A model generated the notes under the pieces. That model was not told where the DNA came from. It worked only from the letters and a program-made list of their open reading frames with translations, and did no database searches. From positions 32,001-96,000 of the IMG/VR virus record IMGVR_UViG_3300046542_000168: DNA of 64,000 nucleotides. One strand, 5' to 3'. Both the position numbers and the translations under genes were made by a program. The stretch comes from a virus. Below are positions 8,745-15,680 of the stretch, in pieces (positions within the stretch are counted from its first letter, which is position 1; each line of letters begins with the position of its first letter).

Positions 8745-9134
8745 TCACTTCTTAAGCGGAACTCCTTTCACCTTAGATACACGCTTGTGCATACGGATCA
8801 ATGCAGTAGATGCAGTGCCCATATCCAGTGGATACTTAGGGTTCTCGAAAATGCTCTTGAAGTTGTTTGCCATGCGACTGATAGCCATGACGTTACCAGG
8901 GACGTAGCCCTTGGTATTGTCGATGCGGTCGATGGTGATGTCTGTGGGCCTCGGTGTGCTCAGGCTGGGCTTAGTCATAAGCACTCCTGTGTAAGGGCAC
9001 ACCGTGCAACGCATCATGTTTCGGAAGCTAACTAGGCTGATTGCCCAGTTAATGTTTCGCTCGCTAGCGGAGCGGGACTTGCCTATGTAGTATTCAGCGA
9101 CAAAGCGCTCAAACTCGGCGGAAATGAATTTCAT
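8745..9134 (-). CDS. Conserved phage protein, HNH/His-Me-finger-like
   Basis: CPYTG...TIDRIDNTKGYVPGNV motif. Confidence 0.65.
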   Translation of the reverse strand: MKFISAEFERFVAEYYIGKSRSASERNINWAISLVSFRNMMRCTVCPYTGVLMTKPSLSTPRPTDITIDRIDNTKGYVPGNVMAISRMANNFKSIFENPKYPLDMGTASTALIRMHKRVSKVKGVPLKK

Positions 9135-9168
9135 GGTCTTACTGACTTCCTGACTTACTTACTTACAG

Positions 9169-9447
9169 TTAACGAGTGAATCGGCCTGTCTCAGAGTCAC
9201 GCTGACGCACACCAACTAACCCGAATGGGGTGTCTTGCCATACTTCAGCTACAAGCTTGTGGACGTACCGAGTCTTACCACCCAGGCATACGCGGTGATA
9301 CCGAAGCTCAGGTTTGTCCGGTTGCGGAGTGATGCTGGAGGCAGTGAGGAACCGTCCGGTCCTCGTGCTCCACACCCGGCCATCCTCAGTCACATAGTGG
9401 TGAGGGAAGCCCTTGCATTTCCGTACCTCTACATCCGGCAAGATCAT
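9169..9447 (-). CDS. NUMOD4-like DNA-binding domain protein lacking the HNH nuclease part
   Basis: GFPHHYVTEDGRVWS...YHRVCL...YVHKLVAEVW, then ends. Confidence 0.65.
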   Translation of the reverse strand: MILPDVEVRKCKGFPHHYVTEDGRVWSTRTGRFLTASSITPQPDKPELRYHRVCLGGKTRYVHKLVAEVWQDTPFGLVGVRQRDSETGRFTR

Positions 9448-9749
9448 CGCTGTTGGCCCCGTCGTGTGTGGGTTCCAGTGCAGGTTGGGGTCTTCCGGCT
9501 CTTCGAAATCTCCGAGCTGTTGACCGTATAGCGACCCTTGCCGAATAGCTCGTCACACGCCTCCTGAGCCTTCGCCCTGGCACGAGTGTGGTAGTAGTAG
9601 TACTGACCCATGGCAGACCGTGTAAAGAAGGTTGCCGGGGCTTCGAATTCGTAGTCTGCGAACTGCTCAAACTCTACGACGCTGTACTGTACACCGGCAG
9701 AAACCTGCTCGGCAGGGGTGAAATCGTTTTCTTGCGCACTTACGTTCAT
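9444..9749 (-). CDS. Hypothetical protein
   Basis: First gene of the leftward operon; GTAAGGAAG leader. Confidence 0.7.
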   Translation of the reverse strand: MNVSAQENDFTPAEQVSAGVQYSVVEFEQFADYEFEAPATFFTRSAMGQYYYYHTRARAKAQEACDELFGKGRYTVNSSEISKSRKTPTCTGTHTRRGQQR

Positions 9750-9785
9750 TACTGTCTTACTTCCTTACCATGTTGCTAGGCCGCC

Positions 9786-9813
9786 ATCGTAGCAGCAGGA
9801 AAACAGCCGTCAA
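9786..9813 (-). promoter_or_regulatory. sigma70-like promoter for the leftward operon
   Basis: TTGACG-16 bp-TACGAT with extended TG, on the minus strand. Confidence 0.55.
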
Positions 9814-9950
9814 CAGGGCAAAAACAAAAAAGTGGCACACTAACCATTTAACATGAGTATTTTTACGAAACAGCGAAATGGTGGCACCGTGACCACTTGA
9901 CAGGTAGGAATTTCATGTTAAGGTCGCCAGACCTTGTATAATACTTCTTA

Positions 9951-10092
9951 ACTCTATTAAGGATTCTATTACTTCTCTACTCTATTACTTATCTACTTTA
10001 AGTATTAACTCTAAGATATATAACTCTATTATATATTCTATTCTTTTACTCTATTATGTACTCTATTAAGAATTCTATTAAGAGTTCTATAA
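9951..10092. repeat. AT-rich array of AYTCTATTA repeats, mostly 12-bp spaced
   Basis: Copies at 9951, 9963, 9979, 10023, 10035, 10048, 10060, 10072, and a variant at 10084. Confidence 0.85.
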
Positions 10093-10180
10093 GTCAGAGC
10101 AGGCGCCGGTCCTCGGCCCCCATCTATAGAGTCCTCCCTGGCTGCTTAGCCACCCCACCCCCTTACCCCTGGAGTCCACT

Positions 10181-10381
10181 ATGGAAGCCTCCCCACCCGT
10201 GTGTCCTGTCCACGGCCTCACAGACGTAATGCCCACCAGTGGCCGCTGCCGCGTCTGTATCGAAGAAAGCAACAATGAAGCCCGCCCCTACCTCGAAACC
10301 GCCCATACCGTGGCGGAATTGTGTCGAACTGTTAACAGATACTTGCGAGACAACCAGAAATCTGATACATCTATCGCGTAG
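10181..10381 (+). CDS. Small zinc-finger-like protein
   Basis: GGAG SD; CPVH...CRVC. Confidence 0.55.
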   Translation: MEASPPVCPVHGLTDVMPTSGRCRVCIEESNNEARPYLETAHTVAELCRTVNRYLRDNQKSDTSIA

Positions 10382-10501
10382 CATCGGTCCAATAGACTGC
10401 CTCTATTTGTGAAAAGTCCCACACTTCGGTACACTCGTCTCCAGCACTTAATGACGCGGTGGTATGCTGGCCGCTTAGTTAGTGAAACTTGATTAACGAG
10501 G

Positions 10502-10957
10502 TTGACGACCATGACGAACACAGCACATAACATCATAGCAAAGCCCCTAATTAGAATGGCAAGTAAGAAACTCGGACTTAGGATATGTTATCTGTCGAGT
10601 CGCGCAGTAAGTACTATTCAGAAAATGCCCGATGGTAAGTATGTTGTTGTAAACGTCTACGAAAAGAAGATTTCCGAATACACTAAATATTCACAGGCTA
10701 GAAAAGCAGCGGAAAGAGCCTCCATGGTCCCCTTCCGTCGCAAGAGCCCGAAGGAGGTTCCAGATACAGTGCTTCAGGTCTGCCACAAGGCGGGTAGAGC
10801 CATTAGCACAATCCAGAAGATGCCAGATGGAAAGTGGATGGTTGTGAAGCTGTATGAAGAGCGCGTCAATGAGTACGACGAATACTCAGTGGCAGAAGAA
10901 GTCGCAACAAGAGCTGCAATGCAACACGCACCTCGCACCACTAAGGACGCCGCGTAA
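10502..10957 (+). CDS. Hypothetical protein with a tandem duplicated ~42-aa domain
   Basis: RA(V/I)STIQKMPDGK..VV..YE...EY..YS.A...A.RA.M occurs twice. Confidence 0.7.
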   Translation: MTTMTNTAHNIIAKPLIRMASKKLGLRICYLSSRAVSTIQKMPDGKYVVVNVYEKKISEYTKYSQARKAAERASMVPFRRKSPKEVPDTVLQVCHKAGRAISTIQKMPDGKWMVVKLYEERVNEYDEYSVAEEVATRAAMQHAPRTTKDAA

Positions 10958-11019
10958 TAAAGGAAGTCTGTAAGGACGTGCCGAGCATCGAACAACAGTG
11001 AAGTGGTTTGGGGAGATGT

Positions 11020-11319
11020 ATGCCGTCGGCACAACATAGAGAGGCAGTAAGGGATTTCTCTACAGCGAACAAAGATACCAGAATGGATATCGGCGGTCAG
11101 GTAGCAGAACGGAGAGAAGCACTAGGGCTCACCTCAACGCAACTGGCAGAAGACGCACAGATCACGGAGATGAGCTTGCACATGCTAGAGCGTGGGGGTG
11201 GATTTGATGGAGGGCATACTGTGGCTTGTGCCGTCCTTAAAGCGCTAGCTAGGCTTGAAAGCGCGAACGAGGGACGGCCTGACTTCCAGTTGGCCCGGAT
11301 CAGATTCATGAGAAATTAG
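11020..11319 (+). CDS. XRE-family HTH transcriptional regulator
   Basis: GGGGAG SD before ATG 11020; IGGQVAERREALGLTSTQLAEDAQITEMSLHMLERG. Confidence 0.8.
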   Translation: MPSAQHREAVRDFSTANKDTRMDIGGQVAERREALGLTSTQLAEDAQITEMSLHMLERGGGFDGGHTVACAVLKALARLESANEGRPDFQLARIRFMRN

Positions 11320-11329
11320 CTGAAACAGC

Positions 11330-11358
11330 TTGACAAATCGGAGAAGCCATGGTATAAA
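11330..11358 (+). promoter_or_regulatory. Strong sigma70 promoter
   Basis: TTGACA-17 bp-TATAAA with extended TG. Confidence 0.75.
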
Positions 11359-11428
11359 CCCCGACTTCTTCGATTTGTTTTCTCTTACACTAAGCCGATT
11401 TTCTTCCACACTTTCTCAACTTTCCCTG

Positions 11429-11456
11429 TTGACAGGAGTTGAAAGTCGTGTAGTAT
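11429..11456 (+). promoter_or_regulatory. Second sigma70 promoter; its -35 lies within an imperfect inverted repeat
   Basis: TTGACA-16 bp-TAGTAT; flanked by CTTTCTCAACT...AGTTGAAAG. Confidence 0.6.
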
Positions 11457-11537
11457 GGCGTCTCCAGTTTGCTCAAGGGCAGACTGACGTAAGAACAGAA
11501 TTTATTTCAGTAAGTCAGTAAGACAGGAAGAACTAAA

Positions 11538-12152
11538 GTGACCCAGATTTCCGTAACTCGTGCTCTCGCCCAGGTTAAGAGCCTGAATGACCGCATTCAA
11601 CGTGGCACCGTAGCACAGTTCATCGCAATTGCCGTAGGTGGTAAGGTTTCCGGTAAGTCCTCTGTTCAAGAGGCAGAGCAAACCGTTACTAGCAACCTAC
11701 AGTCCGTCCAGGGCCTAATTGCCCAGCGGAACACCCTCAAATCAGCCATCGTCAAGAGCAACGCGACCACTACGGTGTCGATCGCCGGTAAAGTCATGAC
11801 TGTGGCTGAGGCCATCGAGCGTAAGTCCTCGATCATCCTCGAACACAACCTACTCCAGCAGATCCGTGGCCAGCAGAATCAAGCCATTGCTGCTGTAGAT
11901 CGCCACAACGTCGATGTACGTCAACGCTGTGACAATCTCCTGGCCCAGGCTTATGGCCGTGACGTGAAGATCAGCGAGGCCGACAGTCAGGCTATCACCG
12001 GCCCATACGAAGAGAAGCACAAAGCTGCTCTGGTAGATGCGAACAAGCTGGACACTGTTATCGAAAAGATGCAGGCCGAGTTGGACGCTTTTACCCTGGA
12101 AGTAGACTTCGCCCTGAGTGAAGTAAACGCTAAGACTCTGATCGAAGCGTAA
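11538..12152 (+). CDS. Coiled-coil protein, DIP1984/DUF6847-like
   Basis: ISVTRAL..., AIVKSNATTTVSIAG..MTVAEAIERK, EVDFALSEVNAKTLIE; CDS is clear, family assignment is from recollection. Confidence 0.7.
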   Translation: MTQISVTRALAQVKSLNDRIQRGTVAQFIAIAVGGKVSGKSSVQEAEQTVTSNLQSVQGLIAQRNTLKSAIVKSNATTTVSIAGKVMTVAEAIERKSSIILEHNLLQQIRGQQNQAIAAVDRHNVDVRQRCDNLLAQAYGRDVKISEADSQAITGPYEEKHKAALVDANKLDTVIEKMQAELDAFTLEVDFALSEVNAKTLIEA

Positions 12153-12166
12153 CACAGTTCAAACAA

Positions 12167-12480
12167 GTTTTCTCTTGTGACAGCGAGTTGTCTTAACTTA
12201 GCTGGGCTTCTAGGGGTGAGCCTATCACCTCTAACAATTACTGGCATGTAATCATAAACGACCAGTCCCGCCATTTCTGGGACATATCCTTCGTAGGGAT
12301 TTTAAGCAGTGACTAAGTTCATCGCTCAACGTTTAACCAGTAAAGATGCAACGCTCAACGAAGAAACTTTTAAACAGGTAACTTCTAAAGGCCAAAGCTT
12401 CTAAAATCCCAGAACAAGGTTGAGTAGTGGTTAGCTATCGACTCTGACGACGCCCTGGGCTGCTGTTCACAAGAAACCCA
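12167..12480 (+). ncRNA. Putative ~310-nt structured RNA with a 7-nt-periodic internal loop
   Basis: Terminal stem TCTTGTGACAGC(12173-84)/GCTG-T-TCACAAGA(12462-74); inner stem GGGATTTTA(12296-304)/TAAAATCCC(12402-10) enclosing ~13 YAA-core units. Confidence 0.65.
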
Positions 12481-12484
12481 TTAT

Positions 12485-12560
12485 AGAGGATTGGCGAAGT
12501 GGGAACGCTACGGGCTTTGATCCCGTCATTGACTAGGTTCGATCCCTAGATCCTCTTCCA
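12485..12560 (+). tRNA. tRNA-Gln(TTG)
   Basis: Cloverleaf, ACGGG-CTTTGAT-CCCGT, encoded CCA. Confidence 0.9.
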
Positions 12561-12722
12561 CATTCGAAGTATCGTTGAAAACTACGGTTGTCTACGCGCA
12601 AACGCCGGACTTCGAACTCTACATACCTGGGAACTCAAGCGCCTTGGTTTGTACAATCCACTCGACCAACCGGATGGATTCAGACGCATGGGATCGTCTC
12701 TAACTTATCCCTACCTATTTCT

Positions 12723-12798
12723 ACCCAGGTAGCTCAACTGGCAGAGCAGCGGCCTCCAAAGCCGTTGGTTGTAGGTTCGACTCCTACCCTCGGTGCCA
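12723..12798 (+). tRNA. tRNA-Trp(CCA)
   Basis: Cloverleaf, GCGGC-CTCCAAA-GCCGT, CCA. Confidence 0.92.
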
Positions 12799-12802
12799 CT
12801 TC

Positions 12803-12878
12803 GCAGATATAGATTAAACGGATAAATCACGCGGCTTTCAACCGCACGTTCCGAGTTCGATGCTCGGTATCTGCACCA
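12803..12878 (+). tRNA. tRNA-Glu(TTC)
   Basis: Cloverleaf, CTTTCAA loop, CCA. Confidence 0.9.
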
Positions 12879-12900
12879 TTATTCAAGTTAAGGAAGACTC

Positions 12901-13044
12901 ATGGCTCAGAAGCCTTACGATGCAACTAAAGAACACACCCCGTTCGACCGTACCCGTAAAACAGATGGGAAAGGTCGTCACCCTAATAAGGGGTTGAGTT
13001 CGAAGCACCCGGTGTCGGGCAAGAAGAACCGATACTTCGAATGA
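12901..13044 (+). CDS. 47-aa basic microprotein
   Basis: Not in the track; AAGGAAG SD; MAQKPYDATKEHTPFDRTRKTDGKGRHPNKGLSSKHPVSGKKNRYFE. Confidence 0.6.
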   Translation: MAQKPYDATKEHTPFDRTRKTDGKGRHPNKGLSSKHPVSGKKNRYFE

Positions 13045-13180
13045 TTCCACCAGGGAGGCTATAGGGGTCTTATGACCGCTCCCCGCTGCTGAGGCTACTC
13101 AGTTGTCCCGATGACAGGCAACAGCGTCCTACCCGCTCCCTGGAGCGCTGAGGCACTAGAGAATAGTGCCGTTTATATTC

Positions 13181-13256
13181 GCATTCTAAGCTAACCCGGT
13201 GAAAGCGACGGATTGAAAATCCGTAGAGACTGGTTCGACTCCAGTAGATTGCACCA
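13181..13256 (+). tRNA. tRNA-Phe(GAA)
   Basis: ACGGA-TTGAAAA-TCCGT, T arm, CCA. Confidence 0.9.
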
Positions 13257-13398
13257 TAACAATGAGAACCAGGGTACTGGTTGAGTAGCAGCCCATGGAG
13301 CCGCCAAAGGCGCTGGGCCCGGTTCATTGTTGTACTGTACGCACTGGCCAGCGTACTTCGCGTTTACGGTAGAGGTCGCAAACCGCTTTATTTTCCCT

Positions 13399-13475
13399 AC
13401 TGGTATAGTTCAACTGGAAAGAGCATCCGCCTTCTAAGTGGTTAGTTGGGGGTTCGAATCCCTCTACCAGTGCCA
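13399..13475 (+). tRNA. tRNA-Arg(TCT)
   Basis: Cloverleaf, CTTCTAA loop, CCA. Confidence 0.92.
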
Positions 13476-13523
13476 GATATGCAAGAAAGTTGTAGAAAGT
13501 TCGAACTATTTTCATATTGCCTA

Positions 13524-13552
13524 TTGACAAAATAGAAAAGTGTGAGAATATT
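13524..13552 (+). promoter_or_regulatory. Internal sigma70-like promoter in the tRNA cluster
   Basis: TTGACA-17 bp-AATATT in an AT-rich gap. Confidence 0.5.
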
Positions 13553-13610
13553 CACGGACTCGAAGTTACCTTCGACTGAATTACCCCTCTTGTATGTAGT
13601 TCCCCTCTTA

Positions 13611-13686
13611 GCCTAATGATTCCTCTGGGAAGGAAGACGCACTGTCGATGCGTTCGCTGCGGTTTCGAATACCGTATTAGGCGCCA
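13611..13686 (+). tRNA. tRNA-Asp(GTC)
   Basis: ACGCA-CTGTCGA-TGCGT, CCA. Confidence 0.85.
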
Positions 13687-13691
13687 TATTT

Positions 13692-13769
13692 GCCCTTGTA
13701 GCTCTTAACTGGCAGAGCAGCCGCCTTGTAAGCGGACGGTTGGGAGTTCGAATCTCTCCTGGGGCACCA
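13692..13769 (+). tRNA. tRNA-Thr(TGT)
   Basis: Cloverleaf, CTTGTAA loop, CCA. Confidence 0.92.
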
Positions 13770-13776
13770 TATTCTT

Positions 13777-13852
13777 TCCGGTATAGCTCAGTTGGTAGAG
13801 CAGCGGCCCGATAAGCCGTTTGTCACTAGTTCAAGTCTAGTTACCGGGACCA
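13777..13852 (+). tRNA. tRNA-Ile(GAT)
   Basis: GCGGC-CCGATAA-GCCGT (C33), CCA. Confidence 0.88.
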
Positions 13853-13857
13853 TCTAT

Positions 13858-13931
13858 GGGCTGTAAGAATTACGACAGTTCGCCTGCCTTGCACGCAGGA
13901 AGCCAGGGTTTGACTCCCTGACGGTCCACCA
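13858..13931 (+). tRNA. tRNA-Ala(TGC)
   Basis: CCTGC-CTTGCAC-GCAGG, G3:U70, CCA. Confidence 0.88.
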
Positions 13932-13999
13932 TTACAAATGCAGAGACTTACGGCTTATGTCGTTACAAGTCAAACCGGGGATATGCACCCCTTTACAAT

Positions 14000-14081
14000 A
14001 GCGAGAGAGTTAAGACTGTCTGGTGATGTCGCCCGGCTCATAACCGGCTGCTTTGTGGTTCGATTCCACCTCTCGCCACCA
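14000..14081 (+). tRNA. tRNA-Met(CAT), initiator-like
   Basis: CTCATAA loop, 1:72 A-C mismatch, CCA; enlarged D region. Confidence 0.8.
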
Positions 14082-14085
14082 TATT

Positions 14086-14174
14086 TGAAGAGAGAACCTG
14101 GGTTCAAGTCCCTTGTCTCGGAAGGCCCGCCTGTATAACAGGGCTGATAGCTTAGTGGATTAAAGCGCTCTTCA
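14086..14174 (+). ncRNA. Circularly permuted tRNA-like RNA (T arm before D arm; YrlA-like topology)
   Basis: TGAAGAG/CTCTTCA closing stem; GGG-TTCAAGT-CCC first, TA-GCTT-AGTGGATTA-AAGC last. Confidence 0.65.
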
Positions 14175-14245
14175 TCTCACACACTGGGTTGCTCCCCATG
14201 TGAACACTCGCCACAGAGTGTATAAATAAGTGTGGCACGATCAAT

Positions 14246-14322
14246 TGGACATAAGCTAACTAGGCGGAAGCGGGTGGCTGTTAACCACCAGATGCTAGGT
14301 TCGAATCCTAGATGTCCAGCCA
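14246..14322 (+). tRNA. tRNA-Asn(GTT)
   Basis: GGTGG-CTGTTAA-CCACC, CCA. Confidence 0.92.
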
Positions 14323-14438
14323 ACTTTGCGACGTGAGGTTTTATGCCCACGATCCTTCCAGGGCTTACCTGGGAGAGATGAGAGTCGCGCATTAAGCTGT
14401 CTGCTAGGCCCGGACGTTAAATGGGCGACAAGATCAAT

Positions 14439-14514
14439 ACCCCGATGGCTGATCGTCTTAGGCAATCGCCTGCAAAGCGATATCAGGCTGGTTAGATTCC
14501 AGCTCGGGGTTCCA
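14439..14514 (+). tRNA. tRNA-Cys(GCA)
   Basis: ATCGC-CTGCAAA-GCGAT, U73, CCA. Confidence 0.9.
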
Positions 14515-14522
14515 GTTATAAA

Positions 14523-14608
14523 GGTCGTTGTAGAGTCAGATGGCTACTGACAGGGCGCTGTAAACGCCCCGCTTCTGCTAGAGGTTCAATTCCATCCTTC
14601 GACCACCA
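14523..14608 (+). tRNA. tRNA-Tyr(GTA)
   Basis: GGGCG-CTGTAAA-CGCCC, variable arm, CCA; imperfect acceptor stem. Confidence 0.78.
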
Positions 14609-14694
14609 ATTTGCCGTATAGGTGCCATACCCGAAAGCATTCGTGCAGTGAGGGCAGGTTATCGTCCCCTTCCCAGGGCGGCAGACGCGAGAAT

Positions 14695-14771
14695 GAGACG
14701 TTGGCCGACCGGCGCTAGGCAACAGGCTTTTAACCTGTATTAATCTGGTTCGATTCCAGAGCGTTTCACCA
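14695..14771 (+). tRNA. tRNA-Lys(TTT)
   Basis: ACAGG-CTTTTAA-CCTGT, CCA. Confidence 0.9.
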
Positions 14772-14776
14772 ACAAT

Positions 14777-14844
14777 GGAGGGTCCGCTGGGACGGGACTA
14801 CTGAAGAAGTAGAGAGTGTGGTTAGAATCCACTACCCTTCGCCT
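14777..14844 (+). ncRNA. tRNA-like element/pseudo-tRNA with a 5-nt anticodon loop and no CCA
   Basis: GGAGGGT/ACCCTTC acceptor, CTACT-GAAGA-AGTAG, GTGG-TTAGAAT-CCAC. Confidence 0.6.
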
Positions 14845-14849
14845 TATAT

Positions 14850-14937
14850 AGTAGATTGACCGAGAGGCCGATGGTAGGGGATTGCTAATCCCTACGGTGT
14901 AACAGCCGCACAGGTTCGAATCCTGTATCTACTGCCA
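14850..14937 (+). tRNA. tRNA-Ser(GCT)
   Basis: TTGCTAA loop, long variable arm, CCA. Confidence 0.92.
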
Positions 14938-15042
14938 TATTCCAGGCAAACAAAAGCCGCCTTAGTAGGGCGGCTCTTGACAACGAACTCTACCGTTCAT
15001 TGTAGGTGGGATGCACTGGCGTACTCCGAGGGGAATCCTATC

Positions 15043-15348
15043 ATGTGGACGAATGGCCGACAAGGCACCGGGTACGCGAAACTAACGCTCCTAGCCACCT
15101 CCAGGCTCGACTGTCACGTTTTACGATATATGCCTGGGGATAGCATTCCATCTCACACAGATAAGCTTGTGGACGGCAGGAAGCACTTCAGGATGAACAT
15201 CCGGCTAGCCGGTGAAGACACTTTCAAGTGCTGCAAGGTATTGTTTAGATTCTGGCGGGTTACGATCTTCCGACCGGACCTCTATGAGCACTCAGTACCG
15301 GCAGTAAAGAGAAAACGATACATGCTCAGCATCGGCTGGGTAATATGA
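15043..15348 (+). CDS. 2OG-Fe(II) oxygenase superfamily protein
   Basis: GAGGGG SD before ATG 15043; HTD...EHSV...RYMLS (HxD..H..R motif). Confidence 0.78.
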   Translation: MWTNGRQGTGYAKLTLLATSRLDCHVLRYMPGDSIPSHTDKLVDGRKHFRMNIRLAGEDTFKCCKVLFRFWRVTIFRPDLYEHSVPAVKRKRYMLSIGWVI

Positions 15349-15353
15349 TACAA

Positions 15354-15438
<85 letters not shown>

Positions 15439-15490
15439 TTTACAACGATTGAAGGTTGAGCCTATCGCTCCCTCTCGTTACAACGAATAC

Positions 15491-15578
15491 GGCGTGTAGG
15501 CTCCATGGGGAGATGCGGTCTTGAAAACCGTCCCATTGCAGAGATGTGGTGAGGGTTCGATTCCTTTATGCGCCTCCA
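15491..15578 (+). tRNA. tRNA-Ser(TGA)
   Basis: GCGGT-CTTGAAA-ACCGT, long variable arm, CCA. Confidence 0.88.
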
Positions 15579-15680
15579 ACTTAACGCACGAGACTGGAGG
15601 CTGAAATGCCCGTGCGATCCGGCCGATACGGCTCCCAGCCTTGAGCGGGTATGAAAGGATAATGCCTGTAACGCACAAAC

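Noticed and set aside
10978-11019. In-frame GTG..TGA upstream of the XRE gene suggesting UGA readthrough or recoding
   Set aside because: ATG 11020 has its own SD, TGA is a normal stop across the window, and there is no suppressor tRNA; at most a 7-codon uORF
12167-12480. tmRNA interpretation of the ~310-nt RNA (similar size, internal ORF, 3' CCA)
   Set aside because: No Ala-type acceptor with G3:U70, no T arm before the CCA, and the internal peptide lacks an ssrA-like C-terminus
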